A DNA stretch of 32,000 nucleotides from Candidatus Helarchaeota archaeon (GCA_019058315.1 JAHPZH010000009.1:108505-140504); one strand, 5' to 3'; shown: positions 19,170 through 28,767, counted from the first letter of the stretch. A program made the numbers and translations. The notes: generated by a model from the letters alone, not told the origin.

Positions 19170-19829
19170 TTAAAAACCGTGTTTTCCTATTAAAGGAACA
19201 AATGCTACGCCACCTAATTTCTTTCTAATTATTTCAGTAGTAGTCTTTTTTAATAATACCAATTCTTGATATGAATGCTTCTTACCTACAGGCATTATAA
19301 GCATTCCTTCAATATTTAATTGTTCTATTAATGGATTTGGAATTTCAGGTCCCGCAGCTGTTACAATAATCCGATCATAAGGGGCTTCTTCTGGATATCC
19401 GCATGTACCATCACCAAGAATGACCGTTACAGTTTCTCCATACCCATTTCTTTCTAAATTATTTCTAGCAAATTCAGCTAATTCAGGGAGCCGTTCAATA
19501 GTGTAAACATGACCTGGATTCTTAGAGCCTTTAGGTGCAACTAGTTCTGCAAAAAAAGCAGCATTATAGCCACTTCCCCCTCCTATTTCTAAAACTTTTA
19601 ATCCTTCTTCCATATTTAATTTCTCTGCATAAATAAAAGAAATGTGTGGTGCGGAAATTGTTTGCTTATGACCTATGCTAAGAGGTGTGTCGTTATAAGC
19701 ATGATCAACTTGGGATTCGGGTAGAAATTTTTCACGAGGAACATTATTGAACGCTTCAATTACTCTATTCGAAACAGCAGTTTTTGAATGAAGATAACGG
19801 TCCAATAATCTTTTCTTTTTTTCTTCCAA
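19170..19829 (-). CDS. pcm: Protein-L-isoaspartate O-methyltransferase
   Basis: 219 aa. The motifs TISAPHI, VLEIGGGSGYNAA and YDRIIVTAA are characteristic PIMT blocks. Confidence 0.9.
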   Translation of the reverse strand: MEEKKKRLLDRYLHSKTAVSNRVIEAFNNVPREKFLPESQVDHAYNDTPLSIGHKQTISAPHISFIYAEKLNMEEGLKVLEIGGGSGYNAAFFAELVAPKGSKNPGHVYTIERLPELAEFARNNLERNGYGETVTVILGDGTCGYPEEAPYDRIIVTAAGPEIPNPLIEQLNIEGMLIMPVGKKHSYQELVLLKKTTTEIIRKKLGGVAFVPLIGKHGF

Positions 19830-19973
19830 TTCAGCTCTACCTCGACTTTCTACCTCTTAAAAACATAACATTATGAGTTTAAAAAAAGATACGTTCACAT
19901 GTATTGGATAAATACTAATTTATTTTTAAAAATTATAAAAGATTATCAAATTTTCTTAAATTAATTAGAGATT

Positions 19974-20411
19974 TTGCGGTGGCGATTTTTGACTATAATT
20001 GAAGAGATTAAAGCATTAGGACACCAAAATATAATTGGAACGCATAAAACTACTTTTGAAATAACAAAAGAGAAAAATTTGACAAAAAGAGGAAATTGTA
20101 TAATTGGAATATTGGCAAATAAAGGAATAGTAGATTTATCTCAAAGATTTAAGGATATAGCAAAGACAGACATAAAAATTAAATGCGTTCTAATTGTAAA
20201 AGATATTAAAGAAGAAATTTTAGGCTACGGACATCGTTCACTCACATTTTCACATCCTACAGATATCGTAATCAGAAAGAGTAATTACAAATGCTCTCGT
20301 ACATTAATGATAGGAGCGAATAAGAGCGCAAGCGATTTGGATAGAAATTTTATCAAATTATTAAAAAATCCTGAAACTCAACTTAAAATTAAATTTATTA
20401 TTAATAGTTAA
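19974..20411 (+). CDS. DUF371-family protein
   Basis: 145 aa. The sequence A.GH.NI.GTHKTTFEITKE..LT.RGNCIIG matches my recollection of the conserved DUF371 N-terminus. The start codon is uncertain (non-ATG in the track). Confidence 0.55.
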   Translation: MRWRFLTIIEEIKALGHQNIIGTHKTTFEITKEKNLTKRGNCIIGILANKGIVDLSQRFKDIAKTDIKIKCVLIVKDIKEEILGYGHRSLTFSHPTDIVIRKSNYKCSRTLMIGANKSASDLDRNFIKLLKNPETQLKIKFIINS

Positions 20412-21481
20412 ATCTTATCTATATCAATATCAATACAAATTTGCCATTCATGAGGGGCTGTAGATTTCACTTTTCTAAATTTTAAATTTGAGATTGTCCT
20501 TTTACTTTTTATAATATCAGTCCTTAATTTCGTTTCAATTTTTTTATTGGTATCTGATTCAGTCTGAAAATGATAGAAATGGATAATACCGCCTTTTGAC
20601 TTCAAAGCTTTACAAGCTATTGGCAGATAATTAAAAGATTTTGTAGGAAGATTCATAATTATTCGATCAAATTTATTCTCTAGAGATTCTAAAATTATCT
20701 TTTCTGCATCACCCAATATAGGAACTACAAGATTTTCTACTTTATTTAAAATGATATTCCTCTTAAGAAAATTTATTGCATCTTCATTTTTATCAATGGA
20801 ATAGACCTTTGCTCCTTTTCTTTTTGCTATTAAAATTGAAAATGGTCCAATTCCAGCAAACATATCAAGGATTAATTCATTTGAATTTGTCATATCCGCA
20901 ATTCTAGCATGCTCTGTACCTAATCTAGGACTAAAATAGACTTTTTTTATATCTAATTCATAACGACATCCATTTTCTTTATGTAATGTTAATGTATTAT
21001 TGATTCCTGCTAGAAATTCTAATTCTCTTATTCTGAATTCTCCATTGACTTTTCCAATTTTTGCAAAAACAGATTCTAAAGATTTATTATATTCCAATAA
21101 TAATTTCGCTAGTAATTTCTCTTTAGATTGGATATCATTGGGTATTTCCAATATGGCGATTTTTCCAATAATATCGAATGATTTGGGAATAAATTTTAAT
21201 TCATTTTGATCAAAATGTTTAGCCAAATTTTCTAAAAATTTGCTTTGCTCACTTTTTTCTCTTGATTTAAAATCATTTTCTATAAATTGTGCTGTATTGA
21301 AGTTCTTTAATATATTAGATTTCTCAGTACTACCTAATTTTTTAAGAATAGGAAAGTGAATTTTATCTTCTTCAACTTTAATTATTTTACTCTTATCTAA
21401 TATTTCGAGTTCAATCAGAAGTTTTCTTAGTTTTTCCCCTTGTTTTTTATTTATACACACACAAGGTGACAAATTTCCCAT
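20408..21481 (-). CDS. Trm5/Taw2 (Met-10+ like) family tRNA methyltransferase / aminocarboxypropyltransferase
   Basis: The motifs DMFAGIGPFSI and RIIMNLP, and the C-terminal HEWQICIDI, resemble archaeal Trm5/Tyw2. The track ORF extends to 21538, but that extension overlaps the 3' exon of the tRNA. I therefore place the start at the ATG at 21481..21479 (MGNLSPCV...). Confidence 0.75.
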   Translation of the reverse strand: MGNLSPCVCINKKQGEKLRKLLIELEILDKSKIIKVEEDKIHFPILKKLGSTEKSNILKNFNTAQFIENDFKSREKSEQSKFLENLAKHFDQNELKFIPKSFDIIGKIAILEIPNDIQSKEKLLAKLLLEYNKSLESVFAKIGKVNGEFRIRELEFLAGINNTLTLHKENGCRYELDIKKVYFSPRLGTEHARIADMTNSNELILDMFAGIGPFSILIAKRKGAKVYSIDKNEDAINFLKRNIILNKVENLVVPILGDAEKIILESLENKFDRIIMNLPTKSFNYLPIACKALKSKGGIIHFYHFQTESDTNKKIETKLRTDIIKSKRTISNLKFRKVKSTAPHEWQICIDIDIDKI

Positions 21482-21504
21482 ATATGCACCATAAAGAATT
21501 AAGA

Positions 21505-21612
21505 TGGCGGACCCGGGGGGAATTTCGCCCAACTGCATATATCAATTGGGATTCGAACCCTCGATGTCCAACTTAGAAGGCTGGTGGTCTATCCTGGCTA
21601 ACCTACGGGTCC
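21505..21612 (-). tRNA. tRNA-Arg (anticodon UCU), intron-containing; mature length 78 nt including an encoded CCA
   Basis: I folded this by hand from the reverse complement.
- Acceptor stem: GGACCCG/CGGGUCC, 7 perfect pairs.
- U8 A9.
- D arm: GGUU-AGCCAGGAUA-GACC, with G18 G19.
- Anticodon stem: CCAGC/GUUGG. Loop: CU-UCU-AA.
- Variable loop: ACAUC.
- T arm after intron removal: GAGGG-UUCGAAU-CCCCC, with one A50.C64 mismatch.
- Discriminator G, then CCA.
The fold requires removal of 30 nt (21522..21551). Confidence 0.8.
21522..21551 (-). other. 30-nt BHB intron in tRNA-Arg at T-loop position 59/60
   Basis: The region forms an hBHBh' motif.
- Outer helix: the T stem, GAGGG/CCCCC.
- Central 4-bp helix: UUCG (21557-21554) / CGAA (21527-21524).
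- 3-nt bulges: AAU (21553-21551) and AUU (21523-21521).
- Inner helix: CCCAAUU (21550-21544) / AGUUGGG (21534-21528).
- 9-nt loop: GAUAUAUGC. Confidence 0.75.
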
Positions 21613-21635
21613 TTGAATTCCATTATGCTATTCCA

Positions 21636-21646
21636 TAATATAAAAT
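21636..21646 (-). promoter_or_regulatory. Candidate TATA box for the tRNA-Arg gene
   Basis: The minus-strand sequence TTTTATATTAT is centred about 29 nt upstream of tRNA position 1. This fits archaeal TATA spacing. In DNA this AT-rich it is weak evidence. Confidence 0.3.
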
Positions 21647-21727
21647 TTCTGAATTAATTATTAGATAATATTAAATTAAAAATGATATTTTAAAAATTCT
21701 AATATGGAAAAATTTAGATGATATTAC

Positions 21728-22387
21728 ATGAAACATGAGAAAATTTTACATGATGCAGCAAAAGATTTACAATTTTTATTAAATAGGGGATATAATAAAA
21801 AAGGCGCTCTTAAATTGGTTGGAGATAGATATATTTTGAATAAAAATGAACGTCATATTTTATTTAGAGCAATTTTTTCTGAAAATGATATAAAAAATAG
21901 GGAGAAAAAGAAATTATCACAAGATCAATTAAAAGATCAAATTCTTTCGATTGATGGCTACAATGTCTTAATTACTTTAGAAAATATGTTGAAGAATAAG
22001 ATTTTAATCATAGCAGCTGACGGTTTTTTTCGAGATGCTTCAAAAATTTCGAAAAGATATAAAAAATCAGAAAAAACTGATTTAGCCATTAAATTAATAT
22101 TTGAAAAATTAGTAAATTTAGCCCCAAAATATATTTATATTTTCTTTGATAAGCCAATTAGTAAAAGTGGCGAACTTACAGCATTGATAAATGAAAAGAT
22201 TTCCGAATTTAAATTAAAAGGAATTGCCAAGGCTGTAAATAGTCCAGACCATGAAATATTAAAACAAGGAGAGACTGTAATTAGCGCAGATAGCTTAATC
22301 TTAGATAAAGGAAAAACAATTTTTGATTTAGCTGGTTCAATTATCAAAGAGCAAGCATATCAAAATATCATTTCATTCTTACAATGA
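21728..22387 (+). CDS. DUF434-like conserved archaeal protein
   Basis: 219 aa. The N-terminal AAKDLQFLLNRGYNKKGALKLVGDRYILNKNERHILFRAI matches my memory of the DUF434 signature (LLnRGY...al.lVgdry.L). This is unverified. Confidence 0.5.
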   Translation: MKHEKILHDAAKDLQFLLNRGYNKKGALKLVGDRYILNKNERHILFRAIFSENDIKNREKKKLSQDQLKDQILSIDGYNVLITLENMLKNKILIIAADGFFRDASKISKRYKKSEKTDLAIKLIFEKLVNLAPKYIYIFFDKPISKSGELTALINEKISEFKLKGIAKAVNSPDHEILKQGETVISADSLILDKGKTIFDLAGSIIKEQAYQNIISFLQ

Positions 22388-22441
22388 AGTAAAAGATATA
22401 ACTTCAATAACCATAAAATAAATATTTTTAAAAGAAATTAT

Positions 22442-23527
22442 TTGAATAAAGAAAGTTTGGTTATTTCATTGGATAAATTAAAGAAGTATAATAAATATGG
22501 TATAGAAATTATATCTATTCTAAAATTAAGAAATAAATTTGTTCAACAATGCATCCAAGATTTTCAAATTTCTAAAACAGGGATAGTTTGGAGTTCTCTA
22601 ATAGCACCTTCATTAATAATAAGTTTAATTCTAAGCAGAGAATTCGAACAAAATGAAAAAAAGAGAATTTATGCAAATTGTCTAGTTGATTTATGCCATT
22701 TATTCTTTGCCTTAGAAGATAGAATTAGAGACCAACAAGTAACAAAACAAAATGAAATTGAAAGATATGAAAACACAAAAAGGGTTTTTAAATGCACATT
22801 TAGAAAAATTTTAAATAATTCATATTCAGAAGATCTAATTTCGGAAAAAATGAGAAATTTCTTTGAACCTTTCTTGGATAATTTAAATCGTTATGCCGAA
22901 CGGGTAGTTTATCCTAAAGATGAATCAGTTAAAGTTGAAAATCTCATTGATAGGATTGTAACTGAAAAAATTTCTGGCCTATTTACTAGCAATGACATTA
23001 TTGAAGTTCATAAAACAAAATTCGGAAATTTTTTTCGTGGTATGGGATATTTTCTCTATAAATTTTATGAGTTGAATTTTAAAAACAAAAAAGCTTACTT
23101 TGACTTATTCTTTTATATTGGAATGCTTGCACAATTGGTAGATGATTTAAGAGATTTATTTTGGCAAGATATCGAGATTGAACAGCCAAACATTGTAATG
23201 GCTTTAGTTTTGCATGAAAACTGGAATACTGAAGGACCAAAATTCATTAACCTTATAAAAAATAAAAATAATCAAAATTACAATTTAATTAACGAATTAG
23301 AAAATAACATAAAAAAAGTAAGAAAAGGAGAAATTAGTATATTTGATTTTTATGGATTGATATTTCCAAATACTTATCAATCCATAACAAAAATTGTGCA
23401 GAATATCAAAGAGAATATTAAATCTAGCCTTAAATCATTAGATATAAAAATAATTAACGCTGAAGAAATTGTCGAGATTTATGGATTTATTATTGCATAT
23501 ATTAAAAATATGATGGTAAAAAAATAA
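22442..23527 (+). CDS. Hypothetical all-helical protein, possibly a divergent isoprenoid-synthase fold
   Basis: 361 aa with a TTG start. It carries a DDxxD-like motif in the typical context (IGMLAQLVDDLRD) and a degenerate upstream motif (LFFALEDRIRD). The family is unrecognised. Confidence 0.45.
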   Translation: MNKESLVISLDKLKKYNKYGIEIISILKLRNKFVQQCIQDFQISKTGIVWSSLIAPSLIISLILSREFEQNEKKRIYANCLVDLCHLFFALEDRIRDQQVTKQNEIERYENTKRVFKCTFRKILNNSYSEDLISEKMRNFFEPFLDNLNRYAERVVYPKDESVKVENLIDRIVTEKISGLFTSNDIIEVHKTKFGNFFRGMGYFLYKFYELNFKNKKAYFDLFFYIGMLAQLVDDLRDLFWQDIEIEQPNIVMALVLHENWNTEGPKFINLIKNKNNQNYNLINELENNIKKVRKGEISIFDFYGLIFPNTYQSITKIVQNIKENIKSSLKSLDIKIINAEEIVEIYGFIIAYIKNMMVKK

Positions 23528-23528
23528 T

Positions 23529-26324
23529 TTAAGAATTAATTTGTTTTTTTATAATTTCTAAACATTTATTTCGTATCTTTTGAACATTTTCCAAGGGCAT
23601 TCCTCCGCCTTGTGCCATTTCTACTTTTCCTCCACCTCCCCCGCCTAAAATTTTTGCTAATTCTTTCATTATTTTCCCAGCATGAATTCCTGTTGATTGA
23701 GCTTTGGATCCAGCAATTATTAAAGTATTAACTTTTTCATTTAGAGTGGTAACCAAAATTCCAATAATATCATTACTTATTGAAATCAATGCATTCCCAA
23801 TTTCAATTAAATCATCTACAGTTTTGTTATCAAAGACTTTGTGAACTATTTTAATTCCTTTATATGAATCGGCACTATTAAATAGTTGCTCGGCGAGTAA
23901 TAAAGATAATTCTTTTCTCAAACGCTCGCTTTCTTTTAATGCATCCTTCCAATCATTAAAGAAACGTTTTGTTACTGATGGTACTTCTTTCTTCCCTATA
24001 TTAAACATTTGAGCTGTTTGTTCTAATATTTTTTCTAATTCTTGATTATATTTAACTGCTGCTTTTCCAGCCATATATTCTAGACGCACTATTCCGTCTT
24101 GAATTCTTTTTGAGCCAATCATTTTGATGGATCCAACTTCATTAGTGTTATCAAGATGTGTTCCTCCGCAAGCTTCAACATCAAAATCACCTATATTAAC
24201 TATTTTTAAGTTTTTACCGGGAACTGCTCCTCCTTGATAGATAGTGAAGCCAAAGCTCGATTCTGCTTGATTTCTAGGCATTTGCTCTTTGTGTAAATCA
24301 ATATTTTTCAGAACTAAATCATTCGCAACTTTTTCAATTTCCCATAATTCTTCCTTACTAACAGCTTTATAATGAGAAATATCCAGATGTGCTCGTTCAG
24401 GAGTTTTTTCCGTTCCTCCTTGCCACACATGGTTTCCTAAAACTTGTCTTGCTGCATAATTTACAATATGTGTTGCTGTATGATGACGCATTAAAGCAAT
24501 TCGCCTATCCCAATCGATTTTTCCACTAATTTTTTGACCGATTATTAAAGAAGAATTTTTACTTTTTAATTCATGAACAATTACATTTCCGACTTTTTCG
24601 ACATTTTTTACAACCTCATCTTCTATTATACCAGTATCATGAAGTTGACCTCCACTAGTCGGATAAAATAAAGTCTTATCTAAAACTACGTATTTATCAT
24701 TGACGATTTTAAGAATCTTTGCATTAAAATCTGAATTATAAGAGCCTTGATCATATAATTGAATTGTTGCTGGTAAATTATCAAATTTTCCTTTAAGTTT
24801 ATCCTCTAAAGTTTCAATTTTTGATACTATTTCGGATTTAACTCGTTTTTCACCCAGTGTTACATAAAAATCACCTGGCACATCAACCTTAAGCTTTTGT
24901 TCTTGAGCGATTTCTTGAACTAATTCAGGTGGTATTCCGTGAGATTCATATAACTCAATAAATTTATCTATTCCAATCTTTTTCTTTTCTTTTAAAAGCT
25001 TTGTAACATAATTTACTCCTTTTCTTCTTGATTCTTGGAATCTATCTTGTTCTACTTTAATTATATCTTCGATAATGTTATTTGCACTTTCTAAACGGTC
25101 GTAAGTTCGATTAAAATATTCAATTAACTCATAACCTAATTCAATTAAGTCTAAATTTAAATTGTAAATTTTATTCAGACTTATAGCACGTCTTAAAATA
25201 ATCCGAAGATTGTAGCCACCACCTACATTAGATGGAAATGCACCATCTGCTACTGCAAATATAAGAGTACGCATATGATCTGTTATAGCATAAGCAGCTT
25301 CAAGAGGACCTAACTGAGATTCTATCTCATTATATGATAAACCTAATTCTGAAGCTACTTTTTTCCGGGCTTTTTCAATATCTTCTACTTCATCTACATT
25401 AAGTAGCCCAGATATTACAGCGTAACGCGACATTAACTCCTTATCAACTTTAATATCCGACTTTTTTCTTACATTTTCAAAAACTGGCCCAAATGTCGCT
25501 TCATAAATAGTTGGGGTGCCTAAAGCAAACCAACCTATTCGTTCCATTCCCCAACCAACATCTACAACTGTCATATCCATTTGCCGATAACTTTGATCAG
25601 GAAGAACTTCATACTGCATAAAAACACTGTTTACAATCTCTAATCCTTTGGCAAAAGATTCTAAACAAGGTCCAAAATTTCCTCCGCCTAACCATATATC
25701 TTCACGAAGTGTAATTTCCATCGGATCAATTTTTAAAACATCTGTCAGAAATTTAAAATCCAGTTCAATGCACCTATCCATCCAATATCCTTTTAATTTC
25801 AATTTTTTATTATTAAACGAATGTTGTCCTCCCATAATAAAAGAAGTAAGGTGGCGGCCTGTTTTTCCTACATTATCAATGTCATTGAATCCTTTTCCTC
25901 CAAATCTTATACATGGTTGAGGAATGACTAAAGGATTAGCAGGAGGCAGAATCGTACCATTCAATACGTGAGGTTGAAAACAAGTGATGGAAGCAAGCGT
26001 GAAAAAAAGATCATTTCTCCATCGGGCTACAACAGGATATTCTTTAATTCTTTTATGATCATATTTTACAAAAAATTCCGACCATTTTTTTATTGTATCA
26101 TGAAAATCCCATGCTCCTTTAACGGATTTTCCAATGAATTGATAACCTCCTACACACTTGGTATCCCCACAAATCTCTAAATCAGTATTCAAAGTCCAAA
26201 AATAATCTCCACAAATTTTACACTGTTTTCTCTGAAAACCTAATTCATCGAATAGCATAACTTTATACTTTTCGGGACCAAATATTTCTCTTAGCTTATT
26301 TTTATCCAACGACATTGAAATCAT
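23529..26324 (-). CDS. alaS: Alanyl-tRNA synthetase (archaeal type)
   Basis: 931 aa. It has an N-terminal zinc-ribbon-like CKICG...CGD..C and class II core blocks. The editing-domain motifs are HHTATH and CGGTH. The C-terminal DHHA1-like region ends in GGGGGGK. Confidence 0.95.
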   Translation of the reverse strand: MISMSLDKNKLREIFGPEKYKVMLFDELGFQRKQCKICGDYFWTLNTDLEICGDTKCVGGYQFIGKSVKGAWDFHDTIKKWSEFFVKYDHKRIKEYPVVARWRNDLFFTLASITCFQPHVLNGTILPPANPLVIPQPCIRFGGKGFNDIDNVGKTGRHLTSFIMGGQHSFNNKKLKLKGYWMDRCIELDFKFLTDVLKIDPMEITLREDIWLGGGNFGPCLESFAKGLEIVNSVFMQYEVLPDQSYRQMDMTVVDVGWGMERIGWFALGTPTIYEATFGPVFENVRKKSDIKVDKELMSRYAVISGLLNVDEVEDIEKARKKVASELGLSYNEIESQLGPLEAAYAITDHMRTLIFAVADGAFPSNVGGGYNLRIILRRAISLNKIYNLNLDLIELGYELIEYFNRTYDRLESANNIIEDIIKVEQDRFQESRRKGVNYVTKLLKEKKKIGIDKFIELYESHGIPPELVQEIAQEQKLKVDVPGDFYVTLGEKRVKSEIVSKIETLEDKLKGKFDNLPATIQLYDQGSYNSDFNAKILKIVNDKYVVLDKTLFYPTSGGQLHDTGIIEDEVVKNVEKVGNVIVHELKSKNSSLIIGQKISGKIDWDRRIALMRHHTATHIVNYAARQVLGNHVWQGGTEKTPERAHLDISHYKAVSKEELWEIEKVANDLVLKNIDLHKEQMPRNQAESSFGFTIYQGGAVPGKNLKIVNIGDFDVEACGGTHLDNTNEVGSIKMIGSKRIQDGIVRLEYMAGKAAVKYNQELEKILEQTAQMFNIGKKEVPSVTKRFFNDWKDALKESERLRKELSLLLAEQLFNSADSYKGIKIVHKVFDNKTVDDLIEIGNALISISNDIIGILVTTLNEKVNTLIIAGSKAQSTGIHAGKIMKELAKILGGGGGGKVEMAQGGGMPLENVQKIRNKCLEIIKKQINS

Positions 26325-26572
26325 AACTCTAATATTTTTAAATCAAATAAAAGTAAATTCACAAATAATTAGATCATTCTTACTATATTCTAATTTAATA
26401 ACTACGTTATATTTATTTAATTAACTGATTAATCTAAATATTTTCTTTAATGATTTACACATAAGCAATAATTTTTGTAATTATTAAATCGTTTTTTATG
26501 TAACAATTTCTTTTTATTTGGTAAAAGGATAATAATTTGATTAAAAAATTTGTTTTGGAGGACCTTAACCCA

Positions 26573-27259
26573 ATGAGGATTGTAATTAAAGTTGGTGGAT
26601 CTCTAATCCAAGATAAAAATGGAAAAATTCGAATTAAATATTTAAAGGAATTAGTGAAAATTTTAAAAAAAATCAAGGAAAATAATGAAATAGCAATAAT
26701 TGTTGGAGGAGGAAAGAGTGCACGAATTTATATCACTGCCGCAAGAGAATTGGGTGCACCAGAAGCACTTTCTGATGAAATAGGTATCGAAATTGCTAAA
26801 ATTCATGCCAGACTCTTAATTTCGGCATTAGGTGAGGTAGCTTACCCTAAAACATTCGAATCGCTTTCTGAGGCTGTTTCTGCATTTCAAAGTGGTAAAA
26901 TTATTATATTAGGAGGATTACAACCTGGTCAATCCACTAATGCAGTTGCGAGTTTACTAGCTGAACGATTAAATGCTGATTTATTAATTAATGCAACTGA
27001 TGTGGCTGGAGTTTATACAGCGGACCCCAAAAAAGATCCATCAGCTAAAAAAATTGATGAATTAAATATTTCAGATTTTACAAAAATGGTTAGATTAGAA
27101 AAAGCTAAAGCGGGGGAATATTCTTTATTCGATTATGTTGCTTATTTAATTATAAAAAGATCAAAAGTTCCTATTATTTTCATTTCTGGAGAAGATCCAA
27201 AAAATATTTTAAAAATTGTCAATGGTGAAAAATTAGGAACAAAAATAGTTTATGATTAA
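26573..27259 (+). CDS. pyrH: UMP kinase (archaeal PyrH)
   Basis: The motifs are MRIVIKVGGSL, IVGGG..AR, GG..PG.STNAV and TDV.GVYTADPKKDP. I prefer the ATG at 26573, with GGAGG about 11 nt upstream, over the TTG at 26537 used in the track. Confidence 0.9.
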   Translation: MRIVIKVGGSLIQDKNGKIRIKYLKELVKILKKIKENNEIAIIVGGGKSARIYITAARELGAPEALSDEIGIEIAKIHARLLISALGEVAYPKTFESLSEAVSAFQSGKIIILGGLQPGQSTNAVASLLAERLNADLLINATDVAGVYTADPKKDPSAKKIDELNISDFTKMVRLEKAKAGEYSLFDYVAYLIIKRSKVPIIFISGEDPKNILKIVNGEKLGTKIVYD

Positions 27260-27539
27260 TAAGGTGTTTGAAATTCAAGAAAAGAAAAAATCAGGAGAAA
27301 TTAGTACTACAAAAAAACAAAAATGGATAAAAAAATGGGAACCGCACAAACATTGTTCTGTGTGTGGTGTCGCAATCGCGATGGATAAAGAAGATTTTTG
27401 CTCTTCTAAATGTAGTGGGGAATATCAAGAATGGAAACTCGAGCAAGAAAAGAAAAATAAAAGAAATAGTATTATGATGTTCGTTTTAATGGGTGTCATG
27501 CTCGTTGTAATGTTAATGGTTACAATGTTTAGTAGATAA
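27252..27539 (+). CDS. Small zinc-ribbon membrane protein (DUF2116-like)
   Basis: 95 aa. The sequence HKHCSVCGVAI....FCSSKCS is followed by a C-terminal TM helix (IMMFVLMGVMLVVMLMV). Its start overlaps the pyrH stop (ATGATTAA). Confidence 0.55.
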   Translation: MINKVFEIQEKKKSGEISTTKKQKWIKKWEPHKHCSVCGVAIAMDKEDFCSSKCSGEYQEWKLEQEKKNKRNSIMMFVLMGVMLVVMLMVTMFSR

Positions 27540-27566
27540 ACGTAAGTTAAAATATATTGTAAAATT

Positions 27567-27851
27567 TTATTTTTTAAATTCCTTTTCAATTGCCTCAAAA
27601 GCTTTGATTATAGCGTTATCAGCTAATTTTTCAACAACTGAGGTGGATAAAGAGGGAATTTCAAGTTCTAAATCTATTTCTATGTTACAAATATTATTCT
27701 CAATATTAACCTCAATTGTGCTTTCAAGAATTGTGACTTTTGATTTCTTAATTTTTGAAAAAATAAATTCTTTTATTTTAAAATCAGCAATCTCGGATAT
27801 TCTTATTATTTCTTCTTCATTTAAATTGGAAATACCAATTTCATTAATCAT
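27567..27851 (-). CDS. Small acidic hypothetical protein (possibly the DUF3194-type neighbour of prefoldin beta)
   Basis: 94 aa. It is co-oriented with the exosome/prefoldin gene string. The family assignment is from memory only. An equally long antisense ORF (27604..27855) exists, so even the strand call rests on context. Confidence 0.4.
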   Translation of the reverse strand: MINEIGISNLNEEEIIRISEIADFKIKEFIFSKIKKSKVTILESTIEVNIENNICNIEIDLELEIPSLSTSVVEKLADNAIIKAFEAIEKEFKK

Positions 27852-27898
27852 TTGACATCTAATGTATTGGACTTTAAGAAAAAATAGTATATATTCAA

Positions 27899-28294
27899 CT
27901 ACATTGGACCAAGATTTCCAAGATCTGATGTAGTTCCTGGTCTTTGTAAAGCACTTTGAATTTTAGTCCTAGCTTCTTCGAATTGTTTCCTTGTACGCTC
28001 TTCTTGTCTTTGTATTGTCTTAAGTCTCATCTCTAACGTATCTTTTTTATCAATTAGTTCTTCTTTCACTTTATCTTTTTGGGATTTTACTAAAATTGAA
28101 CCAACGTTTTTATATACAACTGAATCTTCATCTAATTTTTCTAATTCTGATAAGGCTTTTTCCGCCTCTTTCATTCTAATTTCCATTTGACTTTTCTGAG
28201 CAACCAGCATTTCTAATCGTTGTTGGAGTTGCTGAAGTTGCATAATTTGATGTTGTAATTGTGGTGGTATTTCTTGCATCTCTATTTTCTCCAT
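27899..28294 (-). CDS. pfdB: Prefoldin beta subunit
   Basis: 131 aa. Two coiled-coil arms flank the beta-hairpin motif VYKNVGSILVK. The N-terminal QLQQLQQ is typical of this family. Confidence 0.85.
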   Translation of the reverse strand: MEKIEMQEIPPQLQHQIMQLQQLQQRLEMLVAQKSQMEIRMKEAEKALSELEKLDEDSVVYKNVGSILVKSQKDKVKEELIDKKDTLEMRLKTIQRQEERTRKQFEEARTKIQSALQRPGTTSDLGNLGPM

Positions 28295-28515
28295 TTGGTA
28301 TTTATTTTTATTTCCTCATTTCTTTTATCATTCAAGAGGAATTTTGTAAAAATATAGACTTAATAATAAGATAATATTTTTCTTTATTAAATTTATTTTA
28401 AATTAGATTATTACTTTTTAAATTAAAGAGAATATCTTGACGCAATATTCACCATTTAAGAGAAATTTTTCCTATTTTATCAGAATATATAATTTTTTAA
28501 AATTTAAAAAAGGAG

Positions 28516-28767
28516 TTATTTTGTTATTTCGACAATACCTTCAATAATTTTAATCCAATTAATGTATGAATTTAGGGTTGCACGAAACGCTGTTGTATCT
28601 TTTGCATCAATTGAAATTTTTAATTTATTACCCATTAACATTAATTTTGTACTAGATCTATAACTAAACGACTCATCACTTTCAGGATTAAGGGAGTTAA
28701 AGTATATTTGGGCAATTTTTTCATTAAAAAAATCGAAAATAATTTCACTACAAATTTTTTTTACCAA
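28516..28767 (-). CDS. pcc1: KEOPS complex subunit Pcc1
   Basis: 83 aa. The segment KISIDAKDTTAFRATLNSYINWIKIIEGIVEI is closely colinear with the archaeal Pcc1 C-terminal beta-alpha region (I.ATD..ALR...NSYLRWIK). Confidence 0.8.
   Translation of the reverse strand: MVKKICSEIIFDFFNEKIAQIYFNSLNPESDESFSYRSSTKLMLMGNKLKISIDAKDTTAFRATLNSYINWIKIIEGIVEITK

Noticed and set aside
21482-21538. The N-terminal 19 residues of track ORF 20408..21538 (MQLGEIPPGSAILILYGAY)
   Set aside because: This extension overlaps the 3' exon, discriminator and CCA of tRNA-Arg (21505..21521). The residues are just the translated tRNA sequence. The internal ATG at 21481 gives a sensible Trm5-family start.
25648-26180. 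ORFs 25648..25920 and 25968..26180 on the plus strand
   Set aside because: They are antisense shadows inside alaS. The same reasoning applies to 4362..4568, 4828..5013, 6906..7181, 10359..10773, 11302..11586, 13098..13891, 15630..15842, 21000..21209, 22135..22347, 26455..26676, 29203..29484, 30831..31148 and 31791..31988.
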